A stretch of DNA of 32,000 nucleotides. Origin: Candidatus Harpocratesius repetitus. GTDB lineage: Archaea; Asgardarchaeota; Lokiarchaeia; Sigyniarchaeales; Promethearchaeaceae. The position numbers and the translations under genes are program-made. This document shows, piece after piece, positions 1 to 8,312 of this stretch; position 1 is the stretch's first letter; the number at the start of each line of letters is the position of its first letter. The notes beneath the pieces were generated by a model. The model was not told where the DNA came from, did not search any database, and saw only the letters and a list, made by a program, of their open reading frames with translations. The DNA lies in assembly GCA_021498095.1 (NCBI GenBank), contig JAIZWK010000001.1, positions 3,900,001 through 3,932,000 of the forward strand, given 5' to 3'.

Positions 1-545
1 AAATTACAAGTCATAATAACAGGGTAACGGGAAATAGATATAATTTTCTTAACTGCAGCGGCACCTCCTCTATCATTTCTTCCATGAATACCGTCTACTT
101 CATCAATTAAGATCAATTTTCCCTTTACTTTCTGTGATGTAAAAGTCAATAAATTTGTATTTCTTACAGTTTCTCGCAATTTTTCATTAACTGCTTCTTC
201 TGTTCGCACATCTGATGCATTCAATTCAATAACGCTTAAATTATAATCACGAGCGAGAGCATATACAATGGTTGTTTTTCCAACTCCAGGAGGTCCAATT
301 AACATCGCAGCAGTTTTATTAGCAAGTTTACTTCTTATTGATTTAAATTTCAAATCTATTTTTCTATCAATTGAACCAGAAGAAGTTGCTCTTAGCTGTT
401 TTTTGATTTCACGATACTTTTTCTGTAATTCTAAAAAATCATCTAAGAATTTTTGCAGTTTAGAAATTATATCTTCGAAACCAACCATATCTTTAGTTGT
501 TTGAGGACGATACTTTTCAACCCAAGGGATATTATTTTCTTCCAT
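1..545 (-). CDS. rfcL: Replication factor C large subunit (5' part; runs off the left edge of the window)
   Basis: Not in the ORF track. Manual translation from ATG 545 (in-frame GTG at 557): MEENNIPWVEKYRP...AAMLIGPPGVGKTTIVYALARDYNLSVIELNASDVR...KLILIDEVDGIHGRNDRGG...YPVIMTCN. RFC box II, Walker A, NASD motif and the large-subunit DEVDG...DRGG Walker B are all present. Confidence 0.93.
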   Translation of the reverse strand, partial: MEENNIPWVEKYRPQTTKDMVGFEDIISKLQKFLDDFLELQKKYREIKKQLRATSSGSIDRKIDLKFKSIRSKLANKTAAMLIGPPGVGKTTIVYALARDYNLSVIELNASDVRTEEAVNEKLRETVRNTNLLTFTSQKVKGKLILIDEVDGIHGRNDRGGAAAVKKIISISRYPVIMTCN

Positions 546-565
546 TTTTTGTGTCACTTTTTTTA

Positions 566-1648
566 TTAATTAAAATTCATCTTTCCAATCATATTCATTT
601 GTATTAATAGATTTAATAATTGGATTTCGTCACTTTGAGAATCTAATGCACCAAAATCAGTATTGGCAATCAATTCTAAATACAATGCTTGAACATGCGG
701 TTCTAATGGCATATCTGCAATTCTCTTACTCATCTCAAATAAAATTTCATCTTTAGAAAGATTTTGATTCTGAAAGATAGAACGCACTTTAGTTCGGAGA
801 GATTTTACATCACCTTGCATAGTTAAGGAAATCAAATTTAAAATTCCTCTATCTGTAATCATAGAATAAACCTTTGAAAGAGAATCTAGAGAAAGTTCAT
901 TATATTTAATTTTAGTAATTTGAAGTAGATCAAGTGCTTTCCCAATGTTTTTCTCACTCATATGTCGAATATATTCGATCACATCTAATTTAATCGGTAT
1001 TTTTTCTTGATCACAAATAGTTTTAATCAATTTATTAAATTTAAAATCAGGAAGATATGGAACTAACAACAATTGACAACGGGAAACAATAGGGTCAATA
1101 ATGCTTGAGATCCGATCGGTTATTAAGATCATACGGCAATTACGTGAATATCTTTCCATAATTCTTCTAAATCCTTGTTGTTCGACATCTAAATCATGAA
1201 AGTTTTTAATGATTAAGATCTTAAAGGGTGATTTTCCGAATTTTTTTGTGCTTACAAATGGTCGAACGCGAATTTGGATAAAAGGACGAAAGTTTTTTTG
1301 TGATCCTGCACCTGAGCCAAGCATTTTTGATGAGACTCGCCCCTGTCGTTTTGATTCATTACGTTCTGCTTTCCCAATTGGATCATCTGCATATAAGATT
1401 TTGCTGTTCATTGTAAATTCTTTTCCCAGAATTTCTCGAGCAATTAACTCTCCAATCATTGTTTTTCCACTTCCTGGAGGACCAATTAACATTAAATGAG
1501 GAAAATTGTTAGATTGGATAAAACCCTTTAATTGTTCATATAATTTTGGGAATAAGTTCTTAATTTCACTTAGTTTTTTTGGGCGATATTTAATTCTCCA
1601 TATTGGACTATCTTCTTCAGACATTATATTAATTTTTGATGAACTCAA
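566..1648 (-). CDS. rfcS: Second RFC small-subunit paralog with degenerate Walker B (probably ATPase-dead)
   Basis: IWRIKYRP box, Walker A GPPGSGKT, RRIME, IIDPIVSRC (arginine finger) and C-terminal DEIQL are present. The Walker B position reads KILIIKNFHDL instead of KFIILDEADL. Start is either TTG 1648, overlapping the upstream TGA, or ATG 1624. Confidence 0.85.
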   Translation of the reverse strand: MSSSKINIMSEEDSPIWRIKYRPKKLSEIKNLFPKLYEQLKGFIQSNNFPHLMLIGPPGSGKTMIGELIAREILGKEFTMNSKILYADDPIGKAERNESKRQGRVSSKMLGSGAGSQKNFRPFIQIRVRPFVSTKKFGKSPFKILIIKNFHDLDVEQQGFRRIMERYSRNCRMILITDRISSIIDPIVSRCQLLLVPYLPDFKFNKLIKTICDQEKIPIKLDVIEYIRHMSEKNIGKALDLLQITKIKYNELSLDSLSKVYSMITDRGILNLISLTMQGDVKSLRTKVRSIFQNQNLSKDEILFEMSKRIADMPLEPHVQALYLELIANTDFGALDSQSDEIQLLNLLIQMNMIGKMNFN

Positions 1649-2649
1649 TTTATTCCCTCCAATAAAATCATTAATTCTGAAATGAAACCATCAATTTGTA
1701 TTGTAGGATCAGCAGATAATGTCAAACGAAAATCAAATTCTCCGATTTTTGAAATAATCTCTTCTTTTTTGTATTTATCAAATTTTTGTTTTAAGATCCA
1801 ACTTAAAGTTTGCCGAAATAATCCTCGACTTGAATAACTTGGATTCTCTGCTAGAATATTCTTAACTTTTATAATATCTTCTTGATATAAAGCAGTAGAA
1901 AATTCTTTAAATGTTTTTAGAGGAAGAAATCCAGAAATTTGATACACAATATCAGGATGTAAAAATACTCTTTTTTTACTTTGATTTTCTTCAAAAACTA
2001 AAGATAATGCCATTTGAAGTAAATTAATTGCCTGCCGCATATCACCTTGAGAAATATAAAATATTGCATCTTTTACTTCATCGTTTATAAAAATATGCTC
2101 ATTTTCACATATTTTATCAATTTGCTTAGAGAAGAAATGAAAAGGAAGGGGAAAAAAGCGAAATATTGCACATCTTGATAGAACAGGATCAATTATATTT
2201 TCAATATAATTACACATAAAAATGAATTTTACATTTGAAGGCGCCATTTCTATAATCCGGCGAAATGCACCTTGCATTGCCTTTGGAATCAAATCTGCTT
2301 CATCCAGTATTATAAATTTATATTTAGGCTGGAACATACCGGTATGATTGACAAAATTTTTAATTTCATCTCTAGTATCCATTCTTACATTATCACTAGC
2401 ATTTCGTTCTAAAATTGTATCAGCCAATATTTTATCAGTTCCTAAAACATCATGAATCAATGCATATGCAGTAGAAGTTTTTCCTGTACCTGCTGGCCCT
2501 GCAAAAATAAGATGAGGAATGCTGTCTTTTTCAATAAATTTCTGTAAGGTTTGAACAGTCATGGATTGACTAGCGATTTCTGATAATGTTCGAGGTCTAT
2601 ATTTCTCAACCCAAGGTAAGTCCGCATTAAACTCGATTTGATCGTTCAT
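1645..2649 (-). CDS. rfcS: Replication factor C small subunit (canonical)
   Basis: PWVEKYRP, GPAGTGKT, NASD, ILDEAD, SRC and GDMRQAIN motifs are intact. ATG 2649 is preferred over TTG 2673. Confidence 0.95.
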   Translation of the reverse strand: MNDQIEFNADLPWVEKYRPRTLSEIASQSMTVQTLQKFIEKDSIPHLIFAGPAGTGKTSTAYALIHDVLGTDKILADTILERNASDNVRMDTRDEIKNFVNHTGMFQPKYKFIILDEADLIPKAMQGAFRRIIEMAPSNVKFIFMCNYIENIIDPVLSRCAIFRFFPLPFHFFSKQIDKICENEHIFINDEVKDAIFYISQGDMRQAINLLQMALSLVFEENQSKKRVFLHPDIVYQISGFLPLKTFKEFSTALYQEDIIKVKNILAENPSYSSRGLFRQTLSWILKQKFDKYKKEEIISKIGEFDFRLTLSADPTIQIDGFISELMILLEGIN

Positions 2650-2794
2650 TATAATTTTTCCTTTTAATTTCAAATAAATTTCAAAAATTTCGCTAATAAT
2701 ATTTTTAGGGCTTTATTATAAAAAAAGACCTCACTGATCTTTTAATAAATTTAAGCTCAATTTCTTAAATATTTTGGATTATCATGGGTAATAA

Positions 2795-2824
2795 CTAAAA
2801 TGGATATCATATCTAAAATGGATA
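2795..2824. repeat. 12-bp perfect direct repeat CTAAAATGGATA x2 (2795-2806 and 2813-2824)
   Basis: Read directly in the intergenic region between the divergent rfc and vapBC genes. Confidence 0.8.
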
Positions 2825-2827
2825 AGA

Positions 2828-2859
2828 TTTTATATATATATTGAATATATATTGAATAT
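2828..2859 (+). promoter_or_regulatory. Probable TATA box with tandem ATTGAATAT repeats upstream of and overlapping the vapB start
   Basis: TTTTATATA at 2828-2836 lies about 25 bp before ATG 2858, which is leaderless geometry. ATTGAATAT occurs at 2840-2848 and 2851-2859. Confidence 0.45.
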
Positions 2860-3106
2860 GGCATCTCATCAAATATCTATTCGTGATGATGTTTATAAGA
2901 AATTAAATAAATTAAAGATGAAAAATGAAAGTTTTTCAGATTTACTTGATCGGTTATCACAGCAAGTAAAGGGATCATGGCATGCGTTAGAACAATTAAA
3001 TGGCATAGCAGGGCCGGATGAACTCAATTTTGAGACAATCATTAGTGAAAATCGAAAAGAATTAGAAAAATTGTTTAAAAATAGACTTGGAATAAGAGAT
3101 TTGTGA
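2858..3106 (+). CDS. vapB: Archaeal VapB-type antitoxin (DUF217-like)
   Basis: QISIRDDVYKKLNKLKMKNESFSDLLDRL matches the archaeal antitoxin pattern TISI-D-Y-L-K-ESFSD-R. It lies 4 bp upstream of a PIN gene. Confidence 0.85.
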   Translation: MASHQISIRDDVYKKLNKLKMKNESFSDLLDRLSQQVKGSWHALEQLNGIAGPDELNFETIISENRKELEKLFKNRLGIRDL

Positions 3107-3110
3107 TTGC

Positions 3111-3536
3111 ATGATAATTTTAGATACAAATGTTATAATAAAAATAATTCATAATAAGCTAAATTTGGAAAAATTAAAGGGAAAAGTTCCCGAAGAAGAA
3201 ATTTTTGTGATCTCTTCGGTTTCACTTTATGAATTATATTTTGGTTTATACCAATTAAAATTTAATAAAAGAATTTCCTTAAATCAAACGAAATGGGATA
3301 AAGAATTACAAAGTATTCATTTAATTGAAGAAAAATTAGATATTTTACCATTTAATTCAAAATCTGCTGAAAATAGTGCTAAGTTGTTCAATGATTTACG
3401 TTTTCGAGGGACAATGATTGAAATATTTGACTGTATGATTGCTGGAATTATGAAAGCATTTGGGATTAAAAAAATACTCACCACAAATATTAAGCACTTT
3501 AAAATAATTCCTGGTATAGAAATTATTGAAATTTGA
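3111..3536 (+). CDS. vapC: PIN-domain ribonuclease toxin VapC
   Basis: IILDTNVII, SLYELYFG, IFDCMIAG and ILTTNIKHF PIN motifs. Confidence 0.92.
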   Translation: MIILDTNVIIKIIHNKLNLEKLKGKVPEEEIFVISSVSLYELYFGLYQLKFNKRISLNQTKWDKELQSIHLIEEKLDILPFNSKSAENSAKLFNDLRFRGTMIEIFDCMIAGIMKAFGIKKILTTNIKHFKIIPGIEIIEI

Positions 3537-3812
3537 TTTCATAGATTGTTGAATACATGATTTTATTCAGAAAATTGCGTGATAAATTTTTTTTGTACTA
3601 TTGCTCTTGAAGGATAAAAGCTAATTAAGATAAAGTAAAATTAAAAATGGGAAAACAAAATTTAATTTAATGATAAAAAATCTTAAAAATCTAAACTTTG
3701 AAAAGAATTCAACCAGATTATTAAGAATAATTGAAAGATTATCTGGTAATTTAAATAATGTTTGATATCAAATAAGTTATTTTTTTTAATTGTTATTGCT
3801 ATATATTATATC

Positions 3813-4139
3813 ATGAGTAATCAAATAAATTTTCGTTTAAAATCAGATGAATTATTTATAGTAAAAAAACTCGCAAAAAAAAAGGGAATATCCTTAGCAG
3901 AATATGCAAGAAAGGCATTAGAAGAAAAGGTCAAGCCAGAAAGAGTAGATTTAGCATTTAGGTTATTAATAGAAGGTCATGTTGGATTTAAAGGTGCATG
4001 GAAAATCTCTGGCTTGGAATATAATAAGTTTTTGACAGAATGGGCAAAAAGAGGTGCAGTTGAAGAAATTCCAGAAGAAATTGTTGAAAAAAATATAGAA
4101 AAATCTAAAAAATTTGATTGGGAATCCTTATTAAAATAA
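3813..4139 (+). CDS. Putative antitoxin (ribbon-helix-helix N-terminus plus UPF0175-like HTH)
   Basis: QINFRL...LAKKKGISLAEYARKAL is RHH-like, followed by GAWKISGLEYNKFLTEWAKRG. It lies directly upstream of a PIN gene. ATG 3813 is preferred over TTG 3762. Confidence 0.7.
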   Translation: MSNQINFRLKSDELFIVKKLAKKKGISLAEYARKALEEKVKPERVDLAFRLLIEGHVGFKGAWKISGLEYNKFLTEWAKRGAVEEIPEEIVEKNIEKSKKFDWESLLK

Positions 4140-4155
4140 ATTCATCTTGATTTTC

Positions 4156-4656
4156 ATGAATCTACTTTATATAGATACTTGTGCTCTTAGAGATATAATT
4201 TCTTTAAGGGAGAATATAAATGTGAATTTCTTTCCTTTATTATCTCAATTTCGGTTAGGAATTACAAAAGAATTAGAAAAGGAATATAAAAATTTTAAAA
4301 TTTATAACGATATACCCTTAAATTTTGATTTTTTTGTTAATATTAGAAAAAATGAAAGATTAAATTACTTAAAAAAATATAACTTAGAAGAATTTGATCT
4401 TGCAGATCAAGATTTGTTTATTATTGCAAAAAGAGATAATTCTACAATTATAACTAATGATCGGCCTCTCTTTTTACAGTGTTATCAACAACATTTAAAT
4501 GGTTACTACCTCTATGATTTTTTAATTGCCATGGTTTATCAAGGGAGAATTAAAAAGAATTTGTTGTATAAATGCAACAAACATTGGACTAAAATATCTA
4601 GATTTCCAAAATCAACATTAGATAGAATAAAAAGAGAATTCCACGCAATTTCATAG
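4156..4656 (+). CDS. PIN-domain protein (second toxin, DUF3368-like)
   Basis: LYIDTCAL, GITKELEKE, DLADQDL and IITNDRPL carry the acidic PIN motifs. Confidence 0.75.
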   Translation: MNLLYIDTCALRDIISLRENINVNFFPLLSQFRLGITKELEKEYKNFKIYNDIPLNFDFFVNIRKNERLNYLKKYNLEEFDLADQDLFIIAKRDNSTIITNDRPLFLQCYQQHLNGYYLYDFLIAMVYQGRIKKNLLYKCNKHWTKISRFPKSTLDRIKREFHAIS

Positions 4657-4729
4657 AAATTTTCTTCAAAATGCTAGTTTTTGAAATAAAGTCAATTGTA
4701 TTTCATTTCAATCTTCTTTCCATCTTCAA

Positions 4730-7700
4730 TCAAAAATCATATTTATCGTTTAAAACTTGTGCGTTTATAACCTGTGCATACTGCTCTGAAATTGTCATTG
4801 CCATGATATAAATCCGTTCATCTACTGGGAGAAGAAGTGATTTTGCACCTTCTGGAATATCAAGTGTTATAGAAAACAGATATCCAAATTGATAAGGTAG
4901 ATCGTTGCCATTTTTATGAGTATGGAGGGAGTACCATTCTAGACGGTCCCGATTAATGAACCCTGGTTTTATCCCTATGCACTTATTTAACCAAATATAA
5001 TCTCGTTTAAGTTTCAGATGATGTTTTGGAGTTTTTGACCATATTCGAGTATCCCACTGACCTATAAAACCTGTCATGGGAGATATATGGCAATTTTCAT
5101 ATCCTATCGATTCTCCATTTACTTCATACCATCTAAAAGAAGTCTGACATTCTTCTGTTGAACCTAATAGAATTGAGAGAGTATTGAAGCCATTCGGTAT
5201 TGAAATTGTTTGACCTTTACATTGGAGTGCATTTTTTTCTTTATTTGATGAAAGAGAATAGGAGATAAGTCCTGCTCCAATTTTTGGTGGTGTTAACTCC
5301 GCGGGGAAAATGCCTTTTAGATCACCATTTTTTCCAATCAGTTTACAGTTATAATCTAATTTTAGGGGTTTTTGCTTAATTTTCAAAGATTTCTCCGATT
5401 GTTCAAGAATAATGATAAAGGAACGGATTCCATTTGCCCTAAATTTGACTGAAAATTTGTTTTTATTAAATGATAAGTCATCAATAGGTTCTTCCAATCC
5501 ATTTACTTCCATTACACTTCTAATGGGGGCACAAAATAATATTTCTGCATCGCAATCCTTTCCATAGCGCTCATATACCCGAATCAAGATACCTTCACCC
5601 TTTTCTGGCTTCTTTACTGCTAAAATACCCAATTGAGCATTTGAAATCTTAAAAAGAGAGAATTCTTCTGTTATTTTTGAAAGATTTGGAAGTTTGTTAC
5701 TGATTAAAAATGATCGAATAGGTTGATTAAAACGCCTTGCGATAGAATCAGTTTTTTTGTAATCTCCTTCATGAGCATAGATTCCATATCTAATAGTATG
5801 TTCTCCCCAATCTTGGAACTTTTGATCTCGAAAACCTTGGATTAAGCCGATGCCAGGAGTATAGAGCAAAGTTATTCGAATAGTCTCATCTGTAGGATGG
5901 TCATAACCATATTTAGAATCTTCAACTAGGGAGATTCCCCAATTATCTTCACTCATGTCCACCCATAAACGGGATGGCATTTCAAATAATTTTGCATGGT
6001 TTTTTCCACGAGTCATCCTGCATGTTTCCCAATTGAAGGTAACAATCGGTTTGGTTTGATTTACAGTTAGTGCAAGCTTTAGGGAGCAACCGCTCTCCCT
6101 CCAATGTATTCTTTCTGTAAATTCCACTATTTCGGATTCTTCGCTGAGACTAATTTCTTTAATAAAAATTGAAGGTTGATGCAAAGTAGAGCTTTGATAT
6201 TTGGTAATGATCTGAATTATACAGCGTAGAGAGCCTTGTTCGATAATAGAAACAGATCCACCACCTTCAATTCGGGCGAATGGCTTCCTTTTTCTATCTT
6301 TCCAATCCATATTCCATGCAGGAAACAGTTTAGGATGTTCTTTTTGCAATTCATATGCCATAGGTGCTTTTAGTAGTTCTTTTTCCAATTTTTTATGGAA
6401 AATCGATCCAATTTTACCATCTTTTGAAATTTTCACCTGAAAATATGAATTTTCCATAATATAGTAGTCATTTTCTATTTTTAGCTTTTCAGTAGCAGAT
6501 GTTTTTGATTTTCTTTCACTCAACCAATTTGAATGAGAAATACTAAATTTAGTCCAACTAACTGGTTTTAGCTTAGGAATAAAGGTCAATTGGTATTTAC
6601 CATCTGAACAATTTTTTATTTGAGCAGGATATGAATTTCCATCTGAATCTGTAATTGTTATCTTAGTATCTTGATTTTCATCCCATTTAACAAGAGAAAT
6701 ATTAACTGCATCTTTTCGGTTTTCTGGCAGAGGATTGAAAAGAAGAATTTCACCTTCTCCCTTAATAAATGGTGCAATGCTTGCAGCAGAATCATGTAAG
6801 ATTGAGGTCCAAGTGGAAAGGGCAACAACTTCATCATTTTGGGAGAATTCATATGCTGTAGGAGTGGAGGTACCTGGAAGAATATCATGCATTTGGCTCG
6901 CAATTGTTCGGAACCAAGCCGATTGAATTTTTTCGCTTGGATATTTTGTGTTTAACGCCCAATAAGCAGTTACAGCGGCCATTTCAGCAGCAAAAGCCAT
7001 TTGTTCATTTTTTCGGTTCCAACGTTTCATTATTGCTGCAGAAGTCAAAGATCCAGCACTATGATTTACCAAGAGTAAATCACCTTCATACCGATCCATT
7101 TTCTTTTTTTCAATTTGAGTAATCTCACGGAAAAATTGATCAGGAGAACCTTGTCTTACAATTAATTCGCTTTTCTTCTCTAAAGAATGGTTGATACTGG
7201 AAATTGCCCTTCTAACTGAACCCTCTGTGGGAGCACCTCCAATATCACCTACACCATAATATTGAAAGGATTTCCAAATCCCGTTATTCTTTCCCAGTTT
7301 ACGTAGTCTTCTAAGACGTCTCCAACTTCTTTGAACCTTAGGAAAAACTCGGGAAATATACGCGCCAGGATTAAGAGCACTGATAAGTTCACTACCGTCT
7401 GGTCCTTTCCAAATTCCAATTTCAAATGGAATCCCTACAGCTGAATTCCAAGTAAGTTTTTGGCTGGAAAATCCATGGATTCCACAATGAGTTAAAACCG
7501 TCGGCATATTTGCAGGAAAACCGAAACAGTCAGGAATCATGTAATCTCGCGAACTTTTCCCAAATTCTTCTTTAAACCATTGATCTCCGTAAAGAATATT
7601 CCGAATCATCGATTCTACTGAAGGAATTAAAGCATCTGTTTCATCTAAACATGTTCCTGCAATGTTCCATCGTTCTTCTTTAATTAATTCTTTTATTTCT

Positions 7701-7921
7701 TCAAATAGTTCTGGATAATATTCTTTCATCATGGCGTAGCGCAAAGCACCCGTAAAATTAAAGGTATACATAGGATATTTGCTAAAAAGATATATATTTC
7801 TTTCAAGGGTGTTTTTTATATATTTTTTAATGGTTGTGGGATATTCCCAGCGCCACTGTGTGTCTAAATGTGAATAGGGGATAAGAAAAATTTCTTTATG
7901 CTTCACATCAAGATTTTTCAT
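4730..7921 (-). CDS. Glycoside hydrolase family 38 alpha-mannosidase
   Basis: PYSHLDTQWRW (Zn-binding HxD), PDCFGF (nucleophile Asp) and QMHDILPGT motifs. 1063 aa with no N-terminal hydrophobic segment. Confidence 0.93.
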   Translation of the reverse strand: MKNLDVKHKEIFLIPYSHLDTQWRWEYPTTIKKYIKNTLERNIYLFSKYPMYTFNFTGALRYAMMKEYYPELFEEIKELIKEERWNIAGTCLDETDALIPSVESMIRNILYGDQWFKEEFGKSSRDYMIPDCFGFPANMPTVLTHCGIHGFSSQKLTWNSAVGIPFEIGIWKGPDGSELISALNPGAYISRVFPKVQRSWRRLRRLRKLGKNNGIWKSFQYYGVGDIGGAPTEGSVRRAISSINHSLEKKSELIVRQGSPDQFFREITQIEKKKMDRYEGDLLLVNHSAGSLTSAAIMKRWNRKNEQMAFAAEMAAVTAYWALNTKYPSEKIQSAWFRTIASQMHDILPGTSTPTAYEFSQNDEVVALSTWTSILHDSAASIAPFIKGEGEILLFNPLPENRKDAVNISLVKWDENQDTKITITDSDGNSYPAQIKNCSDGKYQLTFIPKLKPVSWTKFSISHSNWLSERKSKTSATEKLKIENDYYIMENSYFQVKISKDGKIGSIFHKKLEKELLKAPMAYELQKEHPKLFPAWNMDWKDRKRKPFARIEGGGSVSIIEQGSLRCIIQIITKYQSSTLHQPSIFIKEISLSEESEIVEFTERIHWRESGCSLKLALTVNQTKPIVTFNWETCRMTRGKNHAKLFEMPSRLWVDMSEDNWGISLVEDSKYGYDHPTDETIRITLLYTPGIGLIQGFRDQKFQDWGEHTIRYGIYAHEGDYKKTDSIARRFNQPIRSFLISNKLPNLSKITEEFSLFKISNAQLGILAVKKPEKGEGILIRVYERYGKDCDAEILFCAPIRSVMEVNGLEEPIDDLSFNKNKFSVKFRANGIRSFIIILEQSEKSLKIKQKPLKLDYNCKLIGKNGDLKGIFPAELTPPKIGAGLISYSLSSNKEKNALQCKGQTISIPNGFNTLSILLGSTEECQTSFRWYEVNGESIGYENCHISPMTGFIGQWDTRIWSKTPKHHLKLKRDYIWLNKCIGIKPGFINRDRLEWYSLHTHKNGNDLPYQFGYLFSITLDIPEGAKSLLLPVDERIYIMAMTISEQYAQVINAQVLNDKYDF

Positions 7922-8072
7922 GGAATAATATATATAATTTTTATCCTATAATTCTTCTCAAAGGAAAAAAAAGTTATTCTAGTGATTTATTTGTGGCAAA
8001 ATTCAAAGGAATATAGAGAAAACAGAATCCCAATGAAGCAGTGGTTTATGAAAATATGTCTTAGATTCCCCT

Positions 8073-8103
8073 GTACTGATTAAAGTACTGAAGTCCGTAC
8101 TGA
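8073..8103. repeat. Three GTACTGA copies at an exact 12-bp period
   Basis: Copies at 8073-8079, 8085-8091 and 8097-8103. Confidence 0.7.
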
Positions 8104-8312
8104 ATGGAGATGATGTGTGCCAAATAGAAATTACTTTACAAAAACTAAAATCATTATATAAAATGAATACAAAACTTTTGCTTTTCGGTTGATGGATATG
8201 GGAAAAATAATTGCTTTTATCAATCATCGCAAGAAACTTATTCACATCATAAATATGATAATTTTTATAATTGAAGATTTAAGAATAATTAAGAACTTAA
8301 ATTATTATTAAT

